DNA of 64,000 nt from the human T2T-CHM13v2.0 reference genome, Homo sapiens. The translations under genes and the position numbers were made by a program. Shown one piece after another: positions 25,428 to 38,099 of the stretch. The notes under the pieces were generated by a model. That model did no database searches. It was given only the letters and a program-made list of their open reading frames with translations, and had not been told where the DNA came from. The DNA lies in the NCBI RefSeq assembly GCF_009914755.1, contig NC_060928.1. One strand, 5' to 3'. Every line of letters starts with the position of its first letter. Position 1 is the stretch's first letter.

Positions 25428-28149
25428 ACCTCCAAGTGCTACAGTTTGATTTTTGCTTCAAGATTAATAGAAAAACATAGTGCTTCTAAGACACCATTTG
25501 GATTATTATTTCTCTGTTTGCCTTAAATGTACATTCGAAAATTTCATTTAAAAAAAGAAAGTTATGTCAAATATAAACAGGCCTGAAAACTAAAAGCTTA
25601 GTGGTGAATATGAAGAACAGTTTACACAAATGCACTTTATCATAGATATACTTGAAGCCCTCTGACTAATCTCCTCCAATATAATCACTAAAACAATACT
25701 CTTTTTTTATTAAGACCTTCTATTTGAAGTCACATCTTCATCATTTGGGGCAGAGTCTTTAAAAAGAAAATACTTACTTAACTGTTTATTCCAGTTGATT
25801 GCAGTATTCCCTAGTGGAAGGAAAATAGGTAGCTTGAAGAGTGCATTGACTTGTGCAGATGAAATGGCATCTTAATAGTCTGAAGAGTTAATATGCTCTT
25901 CTAACACTCTCCTGCTCCACATTGGCTCTGGGATGCCCTAGTGACCTAAATAAGTCCATATTCAAGTGCATCCTTTAAGACCTAGTGAGAAAAGGAGTAC
26001 TTTTAGCCACTGAAGAAAATTTAAAGCACAGATTGCCTCATTGTCTAAATTATCCTCAGGGGAAAACTTGACAATTTTGAAAGCTGCACTAACTCAGTAG
26101 AAAATGTTACAGAAGAATCCCCTAGTGGTCTGAAGTAGTTCATGCTCAAGTTTCTGCTAAGGTCCAGTCCTTTTCTTTATGTTCAGAAACTCATAGGACT
26201 TCTGCTTCTAGGTCAAAATACACAAGGGAGGTCAGTAACAGTGGGCAAGGAGGTATTAGGTAAAGGAAGAGGGATGAGGCCAAAAAGGGCTGAGTCCCTT
26301 TCAGTATCATCATCAAGTCTGAAGTTCTTTAAAGTATTAAAATTTGGTGGCTTACTCATGTTGGTGCTCCAGAGACTTTAAACTTCTGACCTAGAATATT
26401 TTGACATTGTGGGGAAACAAACAAGCAAACAAACAAGTTTTTTTTTGTGTTGAAACATCTGCAAATGAAGCCAGCAGCTCTGTTGATGCTACAGCTTATT
26501 AAAGATGCAAATTAAAAATATCAAAAAGCATGGAAATTTGCTTAACCTTTTACAGAATGTAAATCTTTAATCTGATCTTAATATGAACTTCATTGATTTG
26601 CTTTAAGTTTAATAACACGCTGAACCTCAGAGGTGTTAATAGTACCTTTAGTGGTCAAGTATTGCATTTTAGAATTGATAGAAAAAGGTTAATTTGAAAT
26701 CCAGTCAGGAAAGTATATCATACTGCGCAACATATATCTGCTTTAGTGAAGAACTGACAAACTGCAAATGCCTCAGAGGAAAAATTCTACTGAATTAAAA
26801 GCAAGATTAAAGTACTTGGGAATGAATTTACATTCAACTATAAAATAACGCCATTATGCCAATTTTTTGGTGTAACCAGTCGTTTCTGAGGCTTCTGTTA
26901 CTAAATTAAAAGGTTATGTAATGCAAAATAAAATTGAGGACATTTAAGTTAAAAACACAAATCCAGCAGAAAGTTTTATTTATAAATACTAAATCTCACT
27001 TAGTATTTTATTGTTGGCTTATTTTGAAGTTTTTTTTTGTTTGTTTTCATTTTATAATACACTTAAATTAGCTATGGTATATTAAATATTAAAAATATGC
27101 CATGTAGGAAAGTAGCTACTCCTATAGCCATTAGACCATGATTTAATTTAGTCATTTCAGAAGTAATGTTGATAAAAACAATACAGTATCTAAATGTCAA
27201 GAAAAAAAGGCAGTCATTCATGCTTGAACAGGCCATTCCTTTCATCTTCCTTTTATTGAACTCACAAAATATGGCACAATTACTTGACGTCATCTACATA
27301 CCAAAAAGAGTAGTTTAAGATCACTTTGTCACATGCCAAACCACAGTCTATCTTTGACAATGTAAATTCACCACTGAATATAAGGAATATGGTTAACTAC
27401 CTTAAAAAATATTTGTCAGAATTACTAGTCACTGGAACCAGATTTCTCAGTGAAATAAACCCTGAAATAGTTTTGGCACATTCTTCATTTCTTTACCTAG
27501 TCTAAGGCATAGTCCTTATTGATCTAAAAATAAATAGAGCATCCCTAAGATTAAGTCTTGACTGTGATAACAGGGTAAACAGGTTAGTGAACAATTGTGC
27601 CAGTGAACATTTACAGATATCAAATGTTAATTTTCTTAACATCTGACACTATATCAAAGATGGCTGGTTTTGATTTATATTATTGGCACATATGACTTCC
27701 ATTTTTAAAACTGTAATTTGATTCCCCTACCCAATTTTCAAAACTACTTTTAACCATTTTTTACCTCAATTCTTCCAGTGATAAGAGCATAATATAATCA
27801 TTACGTTACTGTATCCACAGCCCCCGGATAATATCTAGTGGCTTAGATGATTAATTTCATAAACATTACTCTTGAAATTTAAATAGATTTTGTATTCTTA
27901 CAATCAAGCATTTGTTTACTCATATTATCATATAAAATATTTTATATTTTGGTGAATGTAGGCTTAATTCAATTCTGGTTTTCAATTGCAAATGCATTCA
28001 ATTTGTGAACATTTTATTTCTGCAGATTTACACAGTTTTTTGCTGTTTGCAGTAATAAAGAATTCTGTTAATAACAAAATGTTATTTTCTGAAATCCCTC
28101 TGAAGAGCATTGAATAAATTTCTGCAGGAAACTTGGTTCCAGCTGGAAA

Positions 28150-28660
28150 TTATTTTGCTCCCATATATGGAAATAGATTCCAATGCTATGGTAATTTGAC
28201 TCCTCTCCATCACCATCCCATTTTTCACACGGCACCTGGAGCAGTCTTTTTTTAAAAATAAGTAAGTTGGATTTGTTCATTCCCCATTTCAAAACTCTTC
28301 AAAATGGCCTCTGATTCTGCTTATAATCCAATGCAAAATCTTTGGCATACACTCTGTGGGCCAAAATCATATTTTTCATGCCTATATTTTGAGGGTTATT
28401 TTCAGCACTATTTTCTTTAACTTATCGAATAAAAGCCATACTGGTCTTTAATATTTATAACATGTCAGGTTTTATGGAACATTTATATGTACTATTTATT
28501 TTTTCCACTTAAATTATTAACTTCTTTCCCAATATCCTTCTGTTCTTGATCTGTTAAACTAATACTTATCCACAGGTCTCCTTTCTTTTTTCACACCCCT
28601 GCCATCATAATCACCACAGTTACCATCATCAATAAAATTTTTTGGTTAAATCCTTTCACA
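28150..28660 (+). mobile_element. L2 fragment
   Basis: TTTTTCACACGGCACCTGGAGCAGTCTTTTTTAAAA..TTCAAAACTCTTCAAAATGGC. Confidence 0.55.
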
Positions 28661-28899
28661 GCACTGTTAAGTTTCTCTGTAGTTAGACAAAAATAAATGG
28701 ATGGTGTATTTTTCCTTTATTAAGAATAGAGATGTACGTAATTCTATTTTAGTTTAGGTTTTTGCTGTGTGTATTATACTTTTAATAGATTTAACACCAT
28801 ATAAATGTAATAAAGAATATAGATAAGAAAGAAAAAAAGCCCACACAAAAACTTGAGAATATGACTTAAGGACTATAGTGAATAATTTCCCTCTCCCAA

Positions 28900-29805
28900 C
28901 ATGTTACCATTATAATTTTAAAGACCTGTTTACTGTACTTACTTTAACACAGTAAATCACGTTCATCTTTCAACAAAAGATTACAAGGCATATTAAAAGA
29001 TAGAAAACACAGTTTCAAGACACCAAACAAATATCATAACCAGAGTCAGACATGGCAGAAATGTTGGAATTATCAAACCGAGAATTTTCTGAAACTATCA
29101 TTAATATGCAAGGGCTTTAGTAGGAAAAATAAAGAGAACATGCAATAATGACAGCTATTGTAAATGGAGAAATGGAAATTCTAAGAAAGAATTTAAAAGA
29201 AATGCTAGAGATAAAAACATTGTAACAGAAATGAAGAAGGCCTTTGGTGGACTCATTAGCAGACTAGACACAGCTGAGGAAAGTATCTCTGAGCCTGAGG
29301 ATATGACAATAGAAACTTTTAAAACTGAAAAGCAAAGAGGAGAAAGATAGAAAGAAAAACACTCAAGGACTATGGAACAACTACACAATGGCAAATACCC
29401 CTATTGGGAAAACTAGAAAAAGAAAGAGAAAAAAGAAAAGAAGCAATATTTGAAGCAACAGGAAGAATTTTCTCAATTTAATACCAGGCACAGAACCACA
29501 GATGTAAGAACCTATTCTGTTTAATAAATATTTCATACTGCCTTTTGCAAATACATGCCTTTATGCATATGTTAAAAACCATGCATGTGCAATACCAAGA
29601 ATGAACCTCAATGTGAACTACAGACTTTGGGTGATAACCCTGTGACAATGTAGTTTCATTCACTGTAACAGATATGCCACTCTGGTGGAGGATCCGTAGT
29701 GAGAGAGGTTGTACATGTGTATGGGGATATGGATATATGGAAATTCTCTGTAATCCCCACTCAATTTTGCTGTGAAATAAAAAATAAAGATTACTAATTA
29801 AAAAA
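28900..29805 (+). mobile_element. L1MC: ORF1-region piece (28900-29510) adjacent to an L1MC1/2-type 3' end (29560-29805)
   Basis: CAGAAATGAAGAAGGCCTTTGGTGGACTCATTAGCAGACTAGACACAGCTGAGGAAAG; CAAGAATGAACCTCAATGTGAACTACAGACTTTGGGTGATAA..CTCAATTTTGCTGTGAA. Confidence 0.75.
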
Positions 29806-30829
29806 AAACTCACTTTTTACCACAATGTCCTTTTTAAGATCAACAAAAAAGTAATTTGTAAGTACTTTGTTTAGTAAAGAATAGCATTGAGTAATATCAG
29901 TAAGATGATCCCTAATCTGCAAAATGTCAATACAAAAAAAAATAAAAAATAAAGGCAGACAATAGTAAATACTAAGCAGATCCTGAAAGCAAGGTATTTC
30001 AAGTGGCCCAAACATGGTAAAGAAATCGGTGCAATAATATATAGTAGTGGAACTATAGAAATATAAATGAATTATGTGGTAAATCTCCTGGAAAACTGTT
30101 TATACTTAAAAAAAATTACTCAACATTTGTGGCTTCATAGGTAAAATAAAAAAAAAATAAACTAAATGATCTGCAACTACCTCTCAGGCCCTAAAGCTAT
30201 AAAATCTTAAGCAAGTCTTCCTAAAAACCTACTAAGTTCCCAAGGATATGAGATATAATAGAAATATAAAAGTGTAAGATAAATACGGGAAGATAGTTCA
30301 CAGAATATAATTTTTAAAGGAAATAAGATATGTGAAGCTTAGGTTGAAAGAAAAAGGATGAAAGAGAGAAAGGCTTAGAAAAAAGATGAAATAATGCCCT
30401 TAGACAATGATAAATGGAAAGGTAGATAGAGACAAGGCACATAGAGAAAAGGGAAATAAGAAAAATTAGAGAACAGTTCTGCTAAAGGTCAATTTAACCT
30501 TCACATCAAAGTTTAACTCAATTTCCTGGATACATTTTGAGGTCAGTAATGTCTTATTAACTTAGTTTTCTCTGACTGCAGCTAGAATCTAAATGTGATT
30601 CTTATGAGTACAGAGCATGGAAGGTGTGTAACTGGCTCACAGGTCTTTGAAGGTTTAAGGTCACACTCAGCCAGTGATTGCCACAGCAATCTCATCAGAC
30701 TCGGGGGACAAGCGTATAAAGTCTAGTGTGTTTGGTACATTAAAATCCTTGATAGGCCATGAGGAAGCCTCTCATTCATAACAATTCCCCCTGCATTCCC
30801 AGCTCATCAGGACAGGATACTTCAGGGAC

Positions 30830-31030
30830 AGCAACTGTGGCTTATGAGAAGGCATTCTAGCCTAAAAATTTCAAGTTCTAGTCACAACTTAACTGCTTAT
30901 TAGCATGTGACTTTATCTGAGTTGCATGGCTTCCAAGAGCCTAAGTTTCCACACCTATGAAAAGCAGTTATATCTCATATGATTTTGTAAGTATTTAGAA
31001 AAGATGATAACTATGCAAGTACTTTACTGT
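30830..31030 (+). mobile_element. MIR
   Basis: TTCAAGTTCTAG..TTATTAGCATGTGACTTT..AGCCTAAGTTTCCACACCTATGAAA. Confidence 0.65.
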
Positions 31031-31139
31031 TCAATTTAAGTATACTTCATTGATCATCTCAGTTGAGCTAGCAGCTATGACCATTCCACTCAATATTAAA
31101 TGTATCCTGCCCAGGAAAGATAAGGATTGACATTAACTC

Positions 31140-31365
31140 AATGTTTTGTTTGTATCACCCACATGTAACACATTCCACATGGATTAACACATTTCATTCT
31201 CACAACAATTCAATGATCCGAATTCTATTGCTACCTCCAGTTTACTAAAGAGGATAAATAAGGAGTTCACAAATGAGGAGCTGAGGCACAGATGGTTTAT
31301 ACAATAGCATGTCCAAGGCCACACTACCGGTAGGAATTTATGCCATCAGAATTTCACTGAAGCAG
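31140..31365 (-). mobile_element. MIR
   Basis: ATTCTCACAACAA..CAAATGAGGAGCTGAGGCACAGA..TGTCCAAGGCCACAC. Confidence 0.7.
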
Positions 31366-32407
31366 TCCAACTTCATAGGTTTTTTTCCATGTCTGCAATT
31401 CTATTCATTATCTCTATATACTGCAAGAAAACTATTGCATTTTTTCTTTCAAAATATTGTTCAGTCATTCAAGTTCCATACTTTTAAAACATGGAGATTT
31501 ATGCTAAAAACATATTCAAAAGATAAAAATCTGTCCCCTTTTGTTTTAAATCAGCTTAATGTATCAAATGATTTATGTAAATGAAATGGAGCTCCTAAAA
31601 ATGAGGTTAATATCTGGGTCATCTGTCCCAGAATGTATGCATAGTATGAAGATTATACAATTGGAGTCATTTCTTAGAAGTCTTATTTTCATGGAAAATC
31701 ACTCTTTAATAATGAATTGATTTAGGCAGCCACATTCATGATTTTGTCAGAAATTTGTAAATTCACTGATGTCTGAAATCATACATTCTAACCTTATTTC
31801 TTCAGCTGCAATCTACATTCCTTAAGTGCAAATAAGTTCTAAGAAGTACAGCATGTGTAAGTTGAATAGTCATGCATGCCTACAGAATTTCTTCAGCAAC
31901 TCTGCTCATAGCAGGTTTTGAAGGTGTGATAAGCTGAGTAATTTGGGGCGTTAGGCTGTGCGGGAGATGAACACATATCATTAATGTGATATACAGCCTG
32001 TGAGCGTAGAGACTGGTGACAGCAACAATGCACATTTCCTGCTTTCCAGTTTTGCTGGCTGCCTGCCTTGCCCTCATTGCTTTGTTATCCACGCCAGGAG
32101 ATGATAAGTCCAATGGAAATTGAAGTGTTTTAGAAACATTCTAAAATAAACCTCAAACACTTGTTTAGAGAATCTAAGTGATTTAAGTGAGATGTGACAA
32201 TGGATGAAAAACTGACTGTTAAAAGTGGTATCATTCCCCTATCAGAGCCATTGAAAGAGATTACTTTCATCTTAGGAAGCTGCATTCTCAAATTTGAGTC
32301 CCTGGATCAGGGTGGTTAAATCCTAGTTTACCAGTTCAGTTCCAAATGCAAGAAGATGACATGATACAGATATAACTCAATTAAGTTTCAAGATGAACCC
32401 CTTCAGT

Positions 32408-32584
32408 TGTATTTATTATTATACATTGATTCAATATTATATATTATATATATTCAGTATATATATATAAAGCTCCTGTATTATATAGTCATATATATAA
32501 AATATATATTCGGTAGCCATATATATTACTTGTATATGAATATAATCATATATAATAATACAGTCATATATATTACATATAACT
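32408..32584. repeat. TA-rich low-complexity tract
   Basis: Seen directly. Confidence 0.85.
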
Positions 32585-32926
32585 ATAATATGTTCAGATT
32601 TGACAAGTTATCAAAAGTTCCAAATCTATTTACACTGTGACCAAAAGAAGCCTCAAATTGTGGGACAAAAGATGAAATAAAGGAAATGGAAAAAATAATT
32701 ATTTCAATCCACCTAAGAAAATTTAATCCTTTTCATATGTACACACATATAGATACATATTAGCAAAGAATTAAATTTTTGTTCTATTTTCTTAGGTTGG
32801 CTGAAAAAATTATTCTTTTCATTTCCTCTGTATTTCCTCACTTAACCCACAATTTTGGGCTACTTTTTGATCACAGGGCAAATCTATTCGGTACTTTTGA
32901 TAATTTGTCAAATCTGAACATATTAT
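32585..32926. repeat. Long imperfect inverted repeat (~150-bp arms, ~31-bp spacer)
   Basis: Left arm ATAATATGTTCAGATTTGACAAGTTATCAAAAGT..CAAATTGTGGG..CCTAAGAAAAT is reverse-complementary to right arm ATTTTCTTAGG..CCCACAATTT..ACTTTTGATAATTTGTCAAATCTGAACATATTAT. Confidence 0.93.
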
Positions 32927-33899
32927 TTATACTGTATTTCTTCTGTGCTAACTCAACCAGGCACTCAGGAAAACTATCTCAAAATTGTCTATCCTGAAAA
33001 GCTGTACAAACTGCAGCAAATGCTGTCAATTTTATAACTAGTGAAAAGTGAAATGAGCGCTGATAAGAGGGTGGCAAGATATAAAATGATGGAAAAACCT
33101 CACTGCTGTGTCATTTCTTCCATAATAGCATCAACTCTAGTTATGTGCAATGTAATTATATTCACTATAAATTGTTGACGTTCATATCTTCTTTCTCTCT
33201 CCAGGGCAAGCCTTGTCTGAGAGCCAGTTGTTGAATTTGTTTTCCATGGCTTTGTAACCCTACTGAGTAATGGTCAAATACAGAGTCGCAGCTCTGTGAG
33301 AGGGGCCGGTGCCTGTGGACTTCTATGGTGACCCATAAATGGTCTTAGCAGCAGCCAATGCCTACACATAATGAAGGTAAATTTGGACAATGTAACTGAC
33401 ACGATTTTATAAAATTGGTCTAAAAAGAGCCTCTGCCTGTAACACCAAGAAATAGTTTTTGGTCTAAAAGAAATAAAATTAGATACTGACATAGCCATTC
33501 AGGTGACAGATGACGATTTGATTTCCTACTGTAAGTCAAGCAGTGTGCCAAGCACTAGCAACAAATAAGAAAAAAGTTACCTGACCTTAGACAGTTTTAG
33601 TTTCATAGAAGGAAACAGATATTAAATACAAAACATGAAAATGTATACCTTGGTATTCTCACTATTTTATTTATTTTTGTTTCTTATATGCACTGTACTT
33701 TTCAAGAGATTCTTTGTATAACACAATTCTGCTCTTTTTGCCTAAATAACAACAGCCCTTTGATTCTTCTAAGTGTTTTGATTAAGTATTTAGAGTGAAA
33801 AGCAAAGTATATTTTAAAAATTATTGAAAAAAATTATGCACTCTTTCTAAATCGCCATTTTTTTCTTGGACCATTCATTTTATTGACATAAACTCATTC

Positions 33900-34765
33900 A
33901 ATTTTAAAAATAAAAGCTTCGAAGATAATCTACATACATTCAAACACACATGATCTAAACATAAAAGTTCAATTGGTATTGACAAATATATGCCACCACA
34001 ATCAAGATATAGAACATTTGTGTCATCCTGAAATGTTCTTTCATGTTTCTCTGTAGTAAGTCCCTCACATTGCCAGTTTCAGGTAACCACTGGTCTATAT
34101 TTTGCCACTACAGATTAATTTTGCCTTTCTTAGAATTACATATAAATGGAATCATCCAGGGAGTACTCTGTTGCAATTGGCATTTTTCACTCAGCATAAT
34201 ATTTTTCAGATTCATCTGTGTTAGTGAATCAGTAGTTCATTCCTGATTATTTTTGGGCAGTAAATCAAGTTTTGATATAACACAATCTGTTTATCTTTTT
34301 ATCTATTGATGCACATTTGGGAGGTTTCCAATTTCTGGATATTTTTCAAGAAAGCTGTCTTAAACATTTTGTACAAGTATTTGTATTGACATATTTTTGA
34401 ATTTTTTTGGGCAAATAACTAGGAATAGAATTAGTGGGTTACATGTTACGTGTATGTTTATAAGAAATTTCCAGGCTATTTTCTAAAGTGATTGTGGTCT
34501 TTTATATTCCCACAGACAACTAATTAAAATGTTAATACTAGGTATTTTCAGTCTTTTAATCTTAAACATTATAGTGAGTGTTTAGTAGTATCTCGTTGTT
34601 TCAATAGTAGTATTTCATTGTGGTTTTAATTTGCATTTTACTAATGATGAATTATTGAATACATTTTCAGTTGCTTATTGGACATCCATTTATCTTGTAT
34701 TGGGAAGTATGTCTTCAAATATTTTACCTATTTTTAATTGAATTTGTTGTCATTTTATTACTGAC
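33900..34765 (-). mobile_element. L1ME/L1MB-type 3' fragment
   Basis: CCACCACAATCAAGATATAGAACATT..CATATAAATGGAATCAT..TTCACTCAGCATAAT. Confidence 0.8.
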
Positions 34766-35058
34766 AACATCAAATATATGTATGTATTTAAAAAATGTAT
34801 ATTTGATTACCCAATGGTCACAAAACTCGTTAACTGGCAATTAAGTGAAGGACCCTTTATACTCAGTTGACTACACAATTTTGTTAGCTTTTTCTATAAT
34901 GATCCTCATGGGTTCCCCTCAAGTTCCATTATTCAGCATGTGATGACCTTACCTTTCCTCTTGCTAAAGCCATGTCTCTATCAGCATCATGATCCTGTGT
35001 TTACCAGGAAAGCTGTACCTGGTCTGAGATCTTACACTACTTTCCAGCTATCTATTTA

Positions 35059-35510
35059 TGTCACAGTTTCGTGAATGCTGGCAGTAAAAATGAGACTCTA
35101 GAGTCAGAGTCAAAGAAATTTATTACTCACAGCAATAGCAGTAACCAGAGCATCAGATTTTTCTTGTGCTGGTTCCCTAAACTCCAATACTCACAGAAAA
35201 ACATGAAGAGGACTAGATGATAGCTATACAGGCAGTAGGCTGTATTACAGGCAAGGGAAACTGATACTATGTAATTGAATATTTTATAATGTAAGTTAGC
35301 ATGCCTACCTTTGCTCCAGAGGAAGATATTACCTTTATTAAAACTGGAAAATAAGTAAACTAGCTTTCTGCTTCAGAGGGAGACACTATTTTTTAAGGCT
35401 GATTGCTGCACAAACATTTCTGTGAAGATAGTCACAAAAAAGGCAGTCGGTGCTTCTGTGTGTAAAACATTCAAATATGTGAGAGATCCAGAGAGAATTA
35501 TCTCTCATCA
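35059..35510 (-). mobile_element. LTR47-like ERVL solo LTR
   Basis: TG..CA ends; TTTATTACTCACAGCAATAGCAG, CCTTTGCTCCAGAGG, GAGGGAGACACTAT, end GAGAGATCCAGAGAGAATTATCTCTCATCA. Confidence 0.65.
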
Positions 35511-35955
35511 TAAAATTGCATGAATACTAATTAGCAAAATTTCAGATCAGAATGAGAAATAATTAGTATATCTATTAAGCATTATACCTAAAATCACAGG
35601 ATGATAATAATAACATTCATTCAAAAAGATCTATTAGTCAGCTAGCATGTGCTGAGCATTGTTATAAATGTTTCAGGTTGCAACTGATATTTGAAAAAAA
35701 TTGTTTTTCAGTATTGTCTTTAGATTTAGACAAGAGGATTGGGTTTCTTAGAAGTCTCCACTTATTACAAAGAAATAAAAATAAATATATTAAAAAACAA
35801 ATGGTTAACTTTTTTTTTAACTCGGAATCTGGAGCTTATGTCTGGTACAGAAAACACTTAAGACTCTAAACAGCTGCTCTCATCAGTAACAATGAGTAGG
35901 CCTCAGTGAAATAATTCTTCCTAGCTCTATCCCTGTATTGTCAAATAAAAGGGTG

Positions 35956-36317
35956 TGATATGGTTTGGCTGTGTCCACACGAATATCATCTTCAGTTGTA
36001 GCTCCCATAATTCCCACATGTCATGGGAGGGATCTGGTGGGGGGTAATTGAATCATGGGGGCATGTCTTTACCATGCTGTTTTCATGATAGTGAATAAGT
36101 CTCACAAGATCTGATGGTTTTATAAAGGGGAGTTCCCCTGCACATGCTCTCTTACCTGCTGCTATGTAAGACATGACTTTGTGCCTCCTTCACCTTCCAC
36201 CACGATTGTGAGGCCTCCCCAGCCATGTGGAACTGTGAGTCAATTAAACCTTTTTGCTTTATAAATTACCAAGTCTCAGGTATGTCTTTATTAGCAGTGT
36301 GAGAACAGACTAATACA
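35956..36317 (+). mobile_element. THE1B/C solo LTR
   Basis: TGATATGGTTTGGCTGTGTCC ... GAGAACAGACTAATACA, with a perfect 5-bp TSD GGGTG. Confidence 0.95.
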
Positions 36318-38099
36318 GGGTGACTCTCCCAAAACCTATGAAGTTATTTGAATTATGTTACTCTTAATTCAGATGATGCACACTGTTTCAGAGTGTAGGA
36401 AGGATTGAGTGAAAGAACTTATATCATAAAAAGACAAATTAATGCACTTATATAACTTTAAAATCATCTTCCAGTAGTGGTAAATATCTTTTATTCTTCC
36501 TTTCCCTCTCCCCACCTCCTCCTTCTCTTTGTGTTTTATTCATGATTCCAGAGGGTAATAACAAGTGAACTTGACATTTACAATTTCACATGATGCCGAG
36601 AAACAGTCATAACAATAAGTCATGATCTTAAATGTGTATTCATAGTTTTTTCTAGACAAAATATTGGTGAAACATTATGCCAAATCTCTTTACACTGTCA
36701 GCCAGAGAGATATTGATCCAGTATTGTTAATAATTTTATTTTTTAAATATTCAATAAGATTTCTTTAAACTTTCAAAAATAGGTAAAAATTTAGTTTATG
36801 TAGTTTCCTTGAAAGTTGGAACTACTATAATTATATTTTGATTTTAATTCTAGCATAATCTTTTAAATTTTTGGAGTAAAATCACTTTGAGAACATCTAA
36901 ACATTTGTAATATTTTGATCTCAACATTCTAATTTGCTTCTTTTTAAATAATTAAATATTTGTCTTCTTTGAATAGATTTATATTTTTATACTTTTGCAT
37001 CATCACTTTCCATTGATTATAAAGTATTTGATCTTTAATGTACCCAATTTCTGACATAAAATAAAAGCAAGAAAAAATAATATGCACAGAATAAAAGCAT
37101 ACGATTTTATGAATTTATTATGTTTTTATTTTATTATCCATTCAAACATCACCAGCAAAACAGCAAAACACTCATATGTGCACAAAATTTTTAAAATTCA
37201 GCCTTATTTTACATTTTTAACTTTAAAGCTATTTAAAATAGCATTTAGCTATTAAAGCTACTTAAAAATAGCTTTACACATTTATATGTAAATGTTCAAG
37301 GAAAGAGGATAGAAGATATGTCATTTAACAGCCTTTGTTAGCTTTGTTTATAAATGTTAAATCTTTATATATGTCTCCGTGCCTCCATTTTTACTCCTGC
37401 CATTAACTCTGCAAAACGTAGGGCTGGGCCTGAAGATTGTAGTGCTTCCTCTCTTCTAAGAAGGACAGCATATTACTTGCAGATAGGAATATAACTGAGA
37501 AGTTTCTATTTCAAAGCCTTTGCTAGTTTTGTAATGCTCATGGAAGAACCCTAGTTTGATAGCGTTCTATTAAGAAGAGAGCATCACAAACATTGGCTAT
37601 GCAAAGTAAATCAAGGGTTCCAATATATGCCACTGAGCTACATCATTTTGAATAACAGAGAAAAAATTTCAGGAGGGAAGTTTATGGGATGCAGGGATGG
37701 TAGTAACTCCAGTAAACCCTTCTCTATGTAGAGATGCAACATTTAAGTAATGTTACAAGGAAAAAGAGAAAAATAAATCATGATCTTAAAGCCCAAATTG
37801 CAAGCCCAGTCAATGTCATGTCAGGCATCCCTTTTGTGGGGGAAGAGTTGATGAAAATATATGTGGAATGTCTAGCTGCCTTCAGGAATTATTGCTATCA
37901 CTCTCACTCTAATCTCTAAGGGTTGGTAGATTGGAAATGAAACTGCTGCTTCTAAATGCCGAAGGTGAAATCTAACCTGAAGGGTTACTTGGTAGAGTGG
38001 CAACCAAATGTCTGTCTTGTGGGAGTGATGCCTATGCCTCTCTGCTTTCTATGTCTTTAAATTCACTAAGGCAGACACAGATCAGAATTTAGGCTTCAA

